The translations under genes and the position numbers were made by a program. The notes under the pieces were generated by a model that was not told where the DNA came from, searched no databases, and was given only the letters and a program-made list of their open reading frames with translations. Positions 35,786-45,929 of a stretch of DNA of 64,000 bases are shown in pieces; within the stretch, counting starts at the first letter, position 1; each line of letters begins with the position of its first letter. Origin of the DNA: Candidatus Omnitrophota bacterium (GTDB lineage Bacteria > Omnitrophota > Gorgyraeia > Tantalellales > Tantalellaceae). The stretch lies in the NCBI GenBank assembly GCA_014728045.1, contig WJMH01000006.1, positions 52,738 through 116,737 of the forward strand. Reading direction: 5' to 3'.

Positions 35786-36985
35786 CTATTTCATCGTGTT
35801 CTTAAAATGTTCCGTAAGCCGGGGTACGACCTTGAACAGGTCATCAACGATACCATAGGTAGCTATGTTAAATATTGGCGCTTCGGGGTCCTTGTTTATA
35901 GCAACGATAATATCAGAAGACTTCATGCCGATCAAGTGCTGGATCTGTCCGCTTATCCCACAGGCAATATAAACCTTCGGGCATACGGTCTTGCCCGTCT
36001 GCCCCACCTGGTGAGAGTATGGGATCCAGTCGGCATCGACCGCCGACCTTGAAGCGCCTACCGCCGCGTTAAGTGATAGTGCCAGCTCTCTTATAATATC
36101 GAAATTCTCTTTTGAACCCAGTCCCCTTCCCCCGGATACGATTATGTCGGCTTCGGCGAGATTGACGGTCTCTTCGATCTCTTCGACTACATCGATAACC
36201 TTACTGCGGGAGGCAAAGATATCTTCAGGTAACTGTTCGCTTATTATCTCACCCTTTCTGGAAGAGTCGGGTTCCGCCTCTTTCATTACCTTGTGTCTTA
36301 CGGTGGACATCTGCGGCCTGTGATTGGGAGCTATAATGGTAGCCATTATATTGCCCCCGAAAGCAGGCCTGGTCTGCAAAAGAAGCCTCTCCTTGGGGTC
36401 TATATCAAGTCCCGTACAGTCGGCGGTAAGACCGGCATCAAGTTTTATGGCAACACGGGAGATAAGGCTCCTGCCGATCGTGGTCGCCCCGCAAAGCACT
36501 ATCTCGGGTTTGTATTTACTCACCAGCTCGATAAGAACTTTGGTATAGGGATCATCTTGATATGTGCCCAGTTTGGGTGAATCAACAAGGTACACTTTAT
36601 CGGCGCCTCTTGCAATGACCTCCTTGCAGGCCTCGTCCATCTTGTCACCGAGCACGATACCGCAAAGATTCACGCCGAGTTTATCGGCCAGCTCTCTGCC
36701 CTTACCCAGAAGCTCGAAAGCCACCGATTGGACCTTGCCCTTCTTCTGCTCGCAAAATACCCAGACATCCTTGTATGCGGAAAGATCTATAGCTGTTTTT
36801 GTCTCTTTCTTCTCGATGATTATGGCAGAAAAATTACATACTTCGACGCAAGCTCCGCAGAGAGTACATTTGGAAAGATCTATGACCGCCTTTTTGTCCT
36901 TCATGGTGATAGCACCAAAGGGACAGGCCTTTACGCAAAGCGTGCAACCAGTACATTTCTCGTTTATTACCTTTATATCCGGCAT
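35786..36985 (-). CDS. etfA: Electron transfer flavoprotein alpha subunit with N-terminal 2x[4Fe-4S] ferredoxin domain
   Basis: CTGCTLCVKACP and CTLCGACVEVC clusters; GLTADCT, RPAFGG, SGGRG, QVGQTGK and GISGQIQH motifs. Confidence 0.96.
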   Translation of the reverse strand: MPDIKVINEKCTGCTLCVKACPFGAITMKDKKAVIDLSKCTLCGACVEVCNFSAIIIEKKETKTAIDLSAYKDVWVFCEQKKGKVQSVAFELLGKGRELADKLGVNLCGIVLGDKMDEACKEVIARGADKVYLVDSPKLGTYQDDPYTKVLIELVSKYKPEIVLCGATTIGRSLISRVAIKLDAGLTADCTGLDIDPKERLLLQTRPAFGGNIMATIIAPNHRPQMSTVRHKVMKEAEPDSSRKGEIISEQLPEDIFASRSKVIDVVEEIEETVNLAEADIIVSGGRGLGSKENFDIIRELALSLNAAVGASRSAVDADWIPYSHQVGQTGKTVCPKVYIACGISGQIQHLIGMKSSDIIVAINKDPEAPIFNIATYGIVDDLFKVVPRLTEHFKNTMK

Positions 36986-37006
36986 ATCTTTCCTTTGTAA
37001 TTCTAT

Positions 37007-37795
37007 CTAGCCCAAAATGGCCTTTTTCATCAATTCCGCCAGCTCTTTGGCTTTTTCGTCCGGTTCCCCTTCCAGGATCCTGCCTCCCTCCCTGGGGGGA
37101 GGCGTGAAAACCTTAACGACTCTGGTGGGAGATCCATCCAGACCTATCTTTTCTGCGTCACAGCCGATATCGTCGGCTGTCCACACGGGTATTTCCGCTT
37201 TTTTTGCCTTCATTTTACCCTTTAATGAGGGCAGTCTCGGCTCGTTTATCTCCTTCACCACGGTGAACAGGGCCGGAAGAGGAGTTTCAATTATATCGTA
37301 TCCTTCTTCTGTCATGCGCTCGACAGTAGCCTTATCTTTATCTATTTTTTCTATTTTCTTAACGTAGGTGACCTGCGGTATCTCAAGATGCGTCGAAACT
37401 CCCGGACCCACCTGTGCCGTATCCCCATCAGATGCCTGCTTTCCGCAGAATATCAGTCTGCAGTCGGAAAGTTTCTCAATGGCCCTGGAAAGAGTATAGC
37501 TTGTAGCCCAGGTATCGCTGCCCGCGAACTTTCTGTCGCTGAGAAGGATTGCCTTATCACAACCCATCGAAATAGCTTCCCTGAGAGCCTCTTCGGCCTG
37601 AGGCGGCCCCATGGAAATGACAACGACCTCTCCTTCGCCCAGCCTTTCTTTGACTCGAAGAGCTTCCTCTATCGCGTACATATCGAAAGGATTTATGACC
37701 GATTCAACTCCCTCCCTCTTAAGGGTATTGGTTTCCGGATCTATCTTGACATCCGTGGTATCGGGCACCTGTTTTATTAGAACCGCTATATTCAT
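37007..37795 (-). CDS. etfB: Electron transfer flavoprotein beta subunit
   Basis: KQVPDT, INPFD..A.E, SMGP, FAGSDT.AT and GKQA.DGDTAQVG motifs. Confidence 0.97.
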   Translation of the reverse strand: MNIAVLIKQVPDTTDVKIDPETNTLKREGVESVINPFDMYAIEEALRVKERLGEGEVVVISMGPPQAEEALREAISMGCDKAILLSDRKFAGSDTWATSYTLSRAIEKLSDCRLIFCGKQASDGDTAQVGPGVSTHLEIPQVTYVKKIEKIDKDKATVERMTEEGYDIIETPLPALFTVVKEINEPRLPSLKGKMKAKKAEIPVWTADDIGCDAEKIGLDGSPTRVVKVFTPPPREGGRILEGEPDEKAKELAELMKKAILG

Positions 37796-37813
37796 TTGAA
37801 TCCTGCTGATATG

Positions 37814-38968
37814 TTATTTAGATATACTCTCCTTGATAAGAGCGGAGGCTATGACACTCCTCTGTATCTGGTTAGTCCCCTCGTATATCTGGGTTATCTT
37901 TGCATCTCTCATGAGCTTTTCAACGGGATATTCTTTCATGTATCCGTAGCCGCCGAATACCTGTACCGCATCGGTGGTCACTTTCATGGCCGTGTCCGAA
38001 GCATGCGTCTTGCAGATAGCGGAGATCTTGGCTATATCCTTCGCGCCCGAATCTATCATTCTAGCCGCTGAATAGATAAGACTTCTTGCTGCCTCAATCT
38101 GTATGGCCATGTCAGCCAGCATGAACTGCACTCCCTGGAAAGAGGATATGGAAGTGCCGAACTGTTTTCTTTCGCGCGAATAGTTCACTGCTTCATCGAG
38201 TGCCCTCTGGGCGATACCCAAAGCTTGCGCGGCTACCCCGGGACGGGAATGGTCGAACGTCTTCATGGCCACTATGAAGCCGAGGCCCTCCCTTCCGAGC
38301 AGGTTCTCTTTCGGGACCTTGCAGTCGGTGAATATGACCTCTCTGGTGGCTGAACCCCTTATGCCGAGCTTGTTCTCCTTCTTTCCGAAACTGAGTCCGG
38401 GAGTATCCTTATCTACGATGAAGGCGCTGGCTCCTCTAGCCCCTTTCGACCTGTCGGTCATGGCGATGACCGTATAGATTTCCGCTTCGCCGCCGTTGGT
38501 AATCCACTGCTTCGTTCCGTTTATGATGTAATGGTCTCCGTCCTTGGTAGCCGTTGTCTTGATGCTGCCGGCATCCGAACCCGCTTCGGCCTCGGTAATA
38601 CAGAAAGCCGCGAGCTTTTTACCTGCGGCTATATCCGGCAGATACTTGGCTTTCTGGTCGTCATTTCCGAAGAGGAGTATGGGATAGGTGCCCAGCCCCG
38701 TTGCCGCGAAAGCAAGCGCGATACCGCCACATCCCCAGGAAAGTTCCTCGGCTGCTATGGACATCTCCATGACGCCGCCACCCATTCCGCCGTATTCTTC
38801 GGGGATATATACACCGCAGATATCCGACTCGGCGAAGATTTTGACAATGTCCCAGGGGAACTCGTTCTTCTCGTCATATTCGGCAGCCACGGGCTTTATT
38901 TTTTCCTCAGCGATCTGGTGGCATAGCTCCTTGATCATCTGTTGTTCTTCGGTCAAGAGATAATCCAT
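37814..38968 (-). CDS. Acyl-CoA dehydrogenase (butyryl-CoA dehydrogenase-like)
   Basis: TE..AGSD, NG.K.WITNG, R.QFG, VFGGYGY and RDAKITQIYEGTNQIQR motifs. Confidence 0.95.
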   Translation of the reverse strand: MDYLLTEEQQMIKELCHQIAEEKIKPVAAEYDEKNEFPWDIVKIFAESDICGVYIPEEYGGMGGGVMEMSIAAEELSWGCGGIALAFAATGLGTYPILLFGNDDQKAKYLPDIAAGKKLAAFCITEAEAGSDAGSIKTTATKDGDHYIINGTKQWITNGGEAEIYTVIAMTDRSKGARGASAFIVDKDTPGLSFGKKENKLGIRGSATREVIFTDCKVPKENLLGREGLGFIVAMKTFDHSRPGVAAQALGIAQRALDEAVNYSRERKQFGTSISSFQGVQFMLADMAIQIEAARSLIYSAARMIDSGAKDIAKISAICKTHASDTAMKVTTDAVQVFGGYGYMKEYPVEKLMRDAKITQIYEGTNQIQRSVIASALIKESISK

Positions 38969-39052
38969 GTTTCAACTCCTTATTTTACCTTGTACCCGCT
39001 CAAACTTTTCCAATTATGCAACCCAGCAGTATGCAAGAATACCGGCCGGGTA

Positions 39053-40312
39053 TCATCCTTTAAATTTTTTCACAATAAGAGAAACATTATGACCACCGAA
39101 TCCCAGAGAGTCACTTAAAGCCACGTTCACTTCAGTCTCTCTGGCCGTATTCGGCACATAATCAAGGTCACAATCGGGATCCGGATTCTCGTAATTTATG
39201 GTGGGAGGTATAACGTTGCATTCTATGGCTTTGGCACAGGCAATGATCTCCGCTGCACCAGTAGCCCCCAGCAAATGTCCAGTAACACCTTTGGTTGAAC
39301 TCACAGCAAGTTTATCCGCGTGGTCGCCGAAAACCTTTCTGATCGCCGTTGTCTCCATCTTATCGTTCAGGGGAGTGGACGTACCGTGCGCGTTGATGTA
39401 GTCTATCTGTTCCGGATTAAGTTCCGCGTCCTCTAGGGCGACTTTCATGCATCTTATGGCTCCGTCCCCACCAGGATCAGGCGCTGTCATGTGATAGGCA
39501 TCACCGCTCATTCCGTACCCGACCATTTCGCAGTAAATGCGGGCTCCCCGTTTAACCGCGTGTTCCATTTCTTCAAGGATGACTACACCTGAGCCCTCTC
39601 CCATTACAAAACCGTCTCTTTCCTTATCAAAAGGACGTGAAGCTGTCTTCGGATCGTCATTCCTGGTTGAAAGAGCTTTTAACGCGCAGAATCCGCCGAA
39701 ACCCATCTTGGTTATAGCGGCTTCGGAACCTCCGCAGGCCATGAGATCTGCTTCCCCTCTCTGTATGATCTTGAACGCATCACCTATGGAATGGCTGGCA
39801 GTCGCACATGCGGTCACGGCCGCGGAATTGGGACCTTTGAACCCCAGCTCGATGGAAACAAGCCCTGATGCCATATTCACTATCAGCATGGGGATAAGGA
39901 AGGGTGATATCTTGGCCGCCGCCTTCGCTTCGCTTTCGGTCATGATATATTTTTCGTGTTCCGCCTCTACCGTGTGCAGCCCTCCAATGCCAGAACCAAT
40001 ATATACACCCGCTTTCTCCACAGCGAGTTTGTCAAGGTCCAGCCCGGCGTCCTCAACAGCCATCTTCGCGGCGGCTATCGCGAACTTGACGAACTGATCC
40101 AGGCGTTTCTCCTGTTTGGGGGTCATGTACTTGGTAGCATCGAAATCCTTGACCTCGGCGGCGATCTGAGAATTGAATGGCGTGGGATCAAAAGCATTGA
40201 GACGGCCAACACCGGTCTTGCCGTTGACCAAAGCATCCCAGTAATCCTTCATGTTGTTCCCTACGGGGGAGATAATACCCGCCCCCGTAAGGACTACTCT
40301 TCTTTTTGACAT
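39053..40312 (-). CDS. fabF: 3-oxoacyl-ACP synthase II
   Basis: TACAT, SRPFD..RDGFV.GEG, INAHGTST, GHLLGA and GFGGHN motifs. Confidence 0.97.
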   Translation of the reverse strand: MSKRRVVLTGAGIISPVGNNMKDYWDALVNGKTGVGRLNAFDPTPFNSQIAAEVKDFDATKYMTPKQEKRLDQFVKFAIAAAKMAVEDAGLDLDKLAVEKAGVYIGSGIGGLHTVEAEHEKYIMTESEAKAAAKISPFLIPMLIVNMASGLVSIELGFKGPNSAAVTACATASHSIGDAFKIIQRGEADLMACGGSEAAITKMGFGGFCALKALSTRNDDPKTASRPFDKERDGFVMGEGSGVVILEEMEHAVKRGARIYCEMVGYGMSGDAYHMTAPDPGGDGAIRCMKVALEDAELNPEQIDYINAHGTSTPLNDKMETTAIRKVFGDHADKLAVSSTKGVTGHLLGATGAAEIIACAKAIECNVIPPTINYENPDPDCDLDYVPNTARETEVNVALSDSLGFGGHNVSLIVKKFKG

Positions 40313-40366
40313 TGTTAGAATTCGTATGGAAGGTTGTTTATAATTTTCCCCTAATCCCGTGACGGC

Positions 40367-40657
<291 letters not shown>

Positions 40658-41401
40658 TTACATTACCATCCCACCATCGACCTGGAAAACCTGGCCTGTG
40701 ATGTAGGAAGAGTCCTCGCTTGCAAGAAAAAGAGCCAGTTTAGCCACATCCAACGGGCTGCCCATCCGGTTCAGCGGGATGAGCGTAAGAAGCTTCTCTT
40801 TTGAGTCATCGCTGAGTTTGTCGGTCATGTCGGTCTGTATGAATCCCGGTGCGATAGCATTGACATTAACATTGCGTGATCCCAGTTCCTTCGCGACCGT
40901 CTTGGTCAGAGCGATAAGCCCTCCTTTGCTGGCTGAGTAGTTAGCCTGACCGGCATTGCCCATAAGACCTATTATGGAAGCCATGTTGACGATCTTGCCT
41001 CCTCTGGCCTTCATCATCGGCCGGGTCACGGCCTTGATACAGTTAAAGGCACCTTTCAGGTTAACATTCAGCACGGCATCCCATTCATCTTCTGACATTC
41101 TGAGCAGAAGGTTGTCTCTGGTAATGCCGGCATTGTTGACAAGTATATCTAAATTGCCGAAATTGTCAAGGGTTTTCTTGACGAACATTTCGACTTCTTC
41201 AGGCGATGTGACGTCCATTTTTTCGGCTATGACCTTCCTGGATGTTTCATCCTCGATCTGTTTCTTTGCCGCCTCTAACGCCTGCTGGTCGACATCGCAA
41301 ATAGCCAGGTCGGAACCTTCGTTCGCGAAAAGCAGCGCTATCTGTTTGCCTATACCCCGCGCCGCGCCTGTTATCATGGATACTCTGTTCTCCAGTTTCA
41401 T
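40658..41401 (-). CDS. fabG: 3-oxoacyl-ACP reductase
   Basis: TGAARGIG, NNAGITRD, GQANYSASK and APGFI.TDMT motifs. Confidence 0.96.
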   Translation of the reverse strand: MKLENRVSMITGAARGIGKQIALLFANEGSDLAICDVDQQALEAAKKQIEDETSRKVIAEKMDVTSPEEVEMFVKKTLDNFGNLDILVNNAGITRDNLLLRMSEDEWDAVLNVNLKGAFNCIKAVTRPMMKARGGKIVNMASIIGLMGNAGQANYSASKGGLIALTKTVAKELGSRNVNVNAIAPGFIQTDMTDKLSDDSKEKLLTLIPLNRMGSPLDVAKLALFLASEDSSYITGQVFQVDGGMVM

Positions 41402-41428
41402 TATGCCCTCCGTTCTTGTCAGATGTTG

Positions 41429-41456
41429 ATTTTAACAGGTATATGTGTTTTGTCAA
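41429..41456 (-). promoter_or_regulatory. Candidate fabG promoter
   Basis: Minus strand TTGACA-N16-TAAAAT with a TGn extension. Confidence 0.5.
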
Positions 41457-41635
41457 GCGATAATATCCTGAATGAAAAAAGCATGTGCATATGATAAATA
41501 TAATTAATTGATCATACATCTTATATATAACTGAAATCCAGTAGACGAAACCCCTCTACCATGGTTTTTGATGGATAATAAGGTCGGCATATCGGGTTGA
41601 ATGCTTTGGCTGGCAGTGGTCGCTTTGAAAAACCA

Positions 41636-44263
41636 TCAGGCTTTTATGAGAACCTGTTTTCTGTATATAAGATATTCCTCATGCATCTGGATGGTGATCC
41701 TGTCCATGGGGTCCACTATGATTATCCATCCGGTGGAAGATGCAGGATCGTTCGAATTGACGCGATTTATAGCCTTGCGCAATATGTCGGACAATGAAAA
41801 GACGCCTTTGTGCCCTTCATGAATACTGTTAAGATTGAGCATAACAAGCGGGACAGGAAGCTTATACTGGCCGAAGCTCCCAACACATCCACCTCTGTGA
41901 GACTTTACCACCGCAAGCAGGCGTTCAGTATCCACCCCCTTCGCAGGGAGAAGCTCCAGAAGTTCTTCCATCTCCCCGACCTGGTCCATATTACGCGCCG
42001 AAAGCTTGGGGTAATCCCCGCACTTGATCAGCAAAACTTCCGTTCCGCAAAGCGCTTGCTCCATGAAAGACCTCAACGTCTCCAGACTTTCCGCCGTGGC
42101 GAGACCTCTTGAATACAGAACGACCTTGCCCCCCTGTAATATGTCTTTTTCCTTGATCAGGAGATTCAAGGCTTCTTCAAGATCGAAAATGACCGTATCG
42201 TTCAACATATCATCCGCATAGAGAACGATCGATCTTGATGCCCGTTCTTTGAGCTGGTCGCATTCGCTGCCCAGACCTTCCAGACCATCATATAGCGGGA
42301 ATATGAACCTTTTGCGGAATGATGAAAATGACCCCCACAGGTACGGATCGAACATCTCCCCCCATGCGTCATTGGCGTCGCCGAAAATGATATCGTCGCC
42401 TTTAGCCCCGGTCTCCCGCGAAGCATAGAACAACTTTACCCTCTCAAGGGACTTTTTCCACTCGGCCTTGAGCCTTTCAACATCAAAAGAATGCCCTTTT
42501 ACCTTGGCATCCATCAGGTCAACGATCTCATCGACCTGTTCCGGACAGACCTTCATTACAAGTCTGGCCATTCGCAACATATCCGTGTAGGTCGCATTGG
42601 CATGGTACTCATTATAGGCAAACCCCTCTGGAAGAGCTCCCTCCTCGAAAGGTGTTATGAACCTGGAAAAGTCATAGGTAATCTGGTTATCGGGGTGTTC
42701 TTCGGTCACAGAGACCAGTTTGGGATTACCAAAGGAAAATTTCATGTCTACGAACACCGGCACAAGTTCGCCTTCATCGTTCACGGCGGCAAAAAGGTTG
42801 GTATCATCCCTGTCGGTATACCCTATGATCTGGTCCAGAAGCAGCGACCCCCGCAACACACTGAGCCATCTCTGGCTGAAGTTCAGCTGGTCCAGGTATT
42901 TGTCGGAGTATTGGTTAAAGGTGCACCCCTCCTCTATCCTTTCCCTGATAAGCACGCTTTCACCGTTATCATCGATCACCACCCTGGCCTGTCTCACGGG
43001 AAGCCCCAGAAGTTCATAGAACATCGATCCGGCCGCCATGGCGAATATATGGTTGGGGGGAAATGTACTGGTAAAATATTTCCTTCCTGTTCTCTTGTGA
43101 ACGAGTATCTTGTGTCTCCTCAGATATATCACATCTTCCTTGCCGTAGCCGAGGTCTATGTCACTATCCTTTTCGGCGTAGTAAACGCCTGTCTGCTCAA
43201 AATCGCTCCACTCGAAAGAGTCCTCCCTGAACCTTTCAATATCTTTTGGAACCTCTTCGGCAGGATAAGCCCATTGGACGCCCTTTGTATGTGAATGTTT
43301 TTCCGGGCTTTCAATGCCAAGACGCTTACGGATGCTTTCTGTATACTGCTTCAACCTCTTGATCTTTCGGCGCAAGGAATTCTTCTCGCTCCTGAAAGCC
43401 CGGCATTCATCCGCCAGAGAGCCTATCAAAAACCCCAGATCGCCCCTCATTTCCATACTCGTCCCTTCAATAAAGGATGTCCTGTTCTTCTCAGTACGCT
43501 GTATTTCTATATTCAGACTACGTATTTCTTCTTCCAGAATATCGAGAGAACGGAGCGTCGCCTTCTCGGGAAGCCTGTCCAGCGAGGCTTCACGGATATC
43601 CTCATAAGGGCTTTTGAGGAGTAGATGCAGCTCTTCGGCACTGAGGTCATCCATGTTCAGCCCTTCAGGCAGAGAATCAATATCGGTAATGTAATATTTT
43701 ACGTCTTCTTCACCGAACCTGGCAGTAGCACGATCCTCCGCGGGCAGGATATCAACCGCAACGAAGTTTCCCTCTTCCAGCTCGATCTTCATCACATGCC
43801 TTCCGGGCTCCGGATCTATGTTCTTGTAAAACACGAATTCCCTGTTCTGGCCTTTGTGCAAAAGATGAAACCCGTCATCTTTTCTTTCGAGGTTCTCCCA
43901 GTCGAATGAAGCGATCTCATCCGCCCGCGGGAACCTTTGTATGACCATGGCTCTGATCAGGTCCTTGGCCTGCTGCTGGGGTAGATCCTCTTTTAGCGCT
44001 TTGGCTATTGTTTGGAACAGAAAGACCACCGGGGACCTCTGGGACAGACCCCTTCGAGAGAGGCCGCTTTTGACCTGCGGAAGACCATCGTTAAAAACAA
44101 CCCTGCAGGGAGGAGAAAACCTGTTAGGTGGAGATAAACACGAATAAGTGGTAGCTGTTTGAGGACTTTGCGCGAGAGAGAACAAGGAAAAAACAAGAAC
44201 CAATGATACCCAGCTCTTAACAAGTATATTCAGATATGGACATTTATCCCGTCTACGTGTCAT
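41636..44263 (-). CDS. Secreted-type protein (about 875 aa) with HipA/PI3-PI4-kinase-like domain and conserved C-terminal tail
   Basis: Hydrophobic N-terminus (KSWVSLVLVFSLFSLA), coiled coil, and LDQIIGYTDRDDTN...FVDMKFSFG. Start uncertain (ATG 44263 or TTG 44287). Confidence 0.75.
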   Translation of the reverse strand: MTRRRDKCPYLNILVKSWVSLVLVFSLFSLAQSPQTATTYSCLSPPNRFSPPCRVVFNDGLPQVKSGLSRRGLSQRSPVVFLFQTIAKALKEDLPQQQAKDLIRAMVIQRFPRADEIASFDWENLERKDDGFHLLHKGQNREFVFYKNIDPEPGRHVMKIELEEGNFVAVDILPAEDRATARFGEEDVKYYITDIDSLPEGLNMDDLSAEELHLLLKSPYEDIREASLDRLPEKATLRSLDILEEEIRSLNIEIQRTEKNRTSFIEGTSMEMRGDLGFLIGSLADECRAFRSEKNSLRRKIKRLKQYTESIRKRLGIESPEKHSHTKGVQWAYPAEEVPKDIERFREDSFEWSDFEQTGVYYAEKDSDIDLGYGKEDVIYLRRHKILVHKRTGRKYFTSTFPPNHIFAMAAGSMFYELLGLPVRQARVVIDDNGESVLIRERIEEGCTFNQYSDKYLDQLNFSQRWLSVLRGSLLLDQIIGYTDRDDTNLFAAVNDEGELVPVFVDMKFSFGNPKLVSVTEEHPDNQITYDFSRFITPFEEGALPEGFAYNEYHANATYTDMLRMARLVMKVCPEQVDEIVDLMDAKVKGHSFDVERLKAEWKKSLERVKLFYASRETGAKGDDIIFGDANDAWGEMFDPYLWGSFSSFRKRFIFPLYDGLEGLGSECDQLKERASRSIVLYADDMLNDTVIFDLEEALNLLIKEKDILQGGKVVLYSRGLATAESLETLRSFMEQALCGTEVLLIKCGDYPKLSARNMDQVGEMEELLELLPAKGVDTERLLAVVKSHRGGCVGSFGQYKLPVPLVMLNLNSIHEGHKGVFSLSDILRKAINRVNSNDPASSTGWIIIVDPMDRITIQMHEEYLIYRKQVLIKA

Positions 44264-44352
44264 GATAAACCCTATAAAAATCAACAAATCAAACTTGTTT
44301 TTATTTTAACACACAGGGCGGGAAAGAGCAATTACTTTATTATTACTGTCAT

Positions 44353-45891
44353 TCACTCGCTTTTTAAGCTTTCGGAAAACGCGCCCCCGGTAAGAGCGTC
44401 GATATACCCGGTCAGCTCTTCCAGCCTCAATGACCTTTCCGAGAGGTTCTTCCGAATTTTGGGGGTATTTTCGTATTCTTTCTGTTTCTTAGCAAGCTCC
44501 CTGAGGAGTTTTCTGCGTTCGAAATATAGGCGTGTAACCTCTTCCAGTATGTCTTCCCTCAGCTGAACCATCAATCTGCTCCTTACGTCTATACTGGTCT
44601 GGGCATCATTCCAAACCAGGTCCGAAAGGTCCCAGGTAAGATCGACCCGCCAGTCACTGTCCTGCTCCCTGGGGCCTTCTATTACATATGACTTAGAGGA
44701 ACTTTTGTAGATCTCGATATTGTCGTCGTATGATTCGGAAAAACTCACAGAAAGCCTGGGTAGCACCGCTTTCCAGCGGGCACCGTTACGCCAGGACTTG
44801 ATCTTTTCCGGGCTTACTTCGGCGTATTCGATAGCCATCTTCTGCACTTCAAGGACCGTCGGTCCATTAACAAGCGGGTAACAGTCCCGATCCGATCTGC
44901 GGAGATCTATCTTTTTACGGTAAAGAATATTCCCGCAGCCAATCCACAGGATCAACTTCCCCGCCGGGGTAGTTTGCGCCTTAATGCATGATATACTGCC
45001 CGGCAGGACCGCCTCAAAAACAGTCCGCCAGGAATTTGAAAGGCTCGAATAGCTGAACACCCTCCTTCCGGTGGAAGCGAAAAGCCTGTCCCCTGAGCAG
45101 GCAAGATGCCTTACTTTGGAAGAAGGAAGGCCCGAGGTGCTTATACGGCCCAGAAGTTCGCCCTTTTTGCTTATCATGATTATCTCTTCCGGGGTAGGAA
45201 CATAGATACTTTCCTGGCCCCTTACGCATATAGAACGGAGAAAAGTATCGGGCTCAGCGAACTCTTCGGCCTTGCGGATATTCTCTTCCGGTTCTTCAGC
45301 GGATGAATAATTCCACTTTTTCCATGAAGCCTCCTCACGGGATGAATAATATATATCTCCCCCAGAATATACTACGATAGCCGCGCCGAGACAGCCTAGG
45401 TCTTCTATCTTCCGCCATAGAGAACGTCCCGGCTGCTTGATCCATTCATCGTCTTCTATCTCGTAAAGCTCTTTCCCGGACCATACAATTACGGTTTCCT
45501 CGGAGGCGCTCCCGCATACAGCCACCCCATCCGTCTCGCGCTTGCCCGCAACAATGTTCCATTGCCCGCTTGTGGTTTTCTTCCTGAAAAGCCCCCGGTC
45601 AGTCGCAAGGTATACATATTTTGCCGAGAAAGCGACGCGTTTAACGCGCACACCCGTCCCGAGTTCTTCGTCCCTGAGCCAGTTCATTCCTGAATCACTG
45701 CTGAGAAAAAGTCCATTTTCGGTGCCTGCGTAAACTGTACCGCCATTGCGCGTAAATCCAACGCACAGGATCTTTCCCGAGACCGTTTCAACAGATATAT
45801 CACCTCCGGCGGAAGCTTCCGCCCCAACCGTCAACAAACAAGCTGCCATGAAAATATATACAGCTAAAATCCTTCTCATTGCCGCCAACAT
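44353..45891 (-). CDS. Secreted beta-propeller protein with C-terminal single TolC/OEP-like repeat
   Basis: Signal peptide after an AAGGAG RBS. Propeller blades (YAGTENGLFLSSDSG.NW, YLATDRGLF). C-terminal LPRLSVSF...WRVDLTWDL...EVTRLY...IDALTGG. Confidence 0.7.
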   Translation of the reverse strand: MLAAMRRILAVYIFMAACLLTVGAEASAGGDISVETVSGKILCVGFTRNGGTVYAGTENGLFLSSDSGMNWLRDEELGTGVRVKRVAFSAKYVYLATDRGLFRKKTTSGQWNIVAGKRETDGVAVCGSASEETVIVWSGKELYEIEDDEWIKQPGRSLWRKIEDLGCLGAAIVVYSGGDIYYSSREEASWKKWNYSSAEEPEENIRKAEEFAEPDTFLRSICVRGQESIYVPTPEEIIMISKKGELLGRISTSGLPSSKVRHLACSGDRLFASTGRRVFSYSSLSNSWRTVFEAVLPGSISCIKAQTTPAGKLILWIGCGNILYRKKIDLRRSDRDCYPLVNGPTVLEVQKMAIEYAEVSPEKIKSWRNGARWKAVLPRLSVSFSESYDDNIEIYKSSSKSYVIEGPREQDSDWRVDLTWDLSDLVWNDAQTSIDVRSRLMVQLREDILEEVTRLYFERRKLLRELAKKQKEYENTPKIRKNLSERSLRLEELTGYIDALTGGAFSESLKSE

Positions 45892-45929
45892 TTTGTGCTC
45901 CTTTCCGCCCCGTGCGGGTTTGAATTTTC

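Noticed and set aside
41561-41636. 9-bp inverted repeat ATGGTTTTT/AAAAACCAT downstream of the 875-aa gene (possible MITE)
   Set aside because: Short and low complexity, with no target-site duplication or second copy seen.
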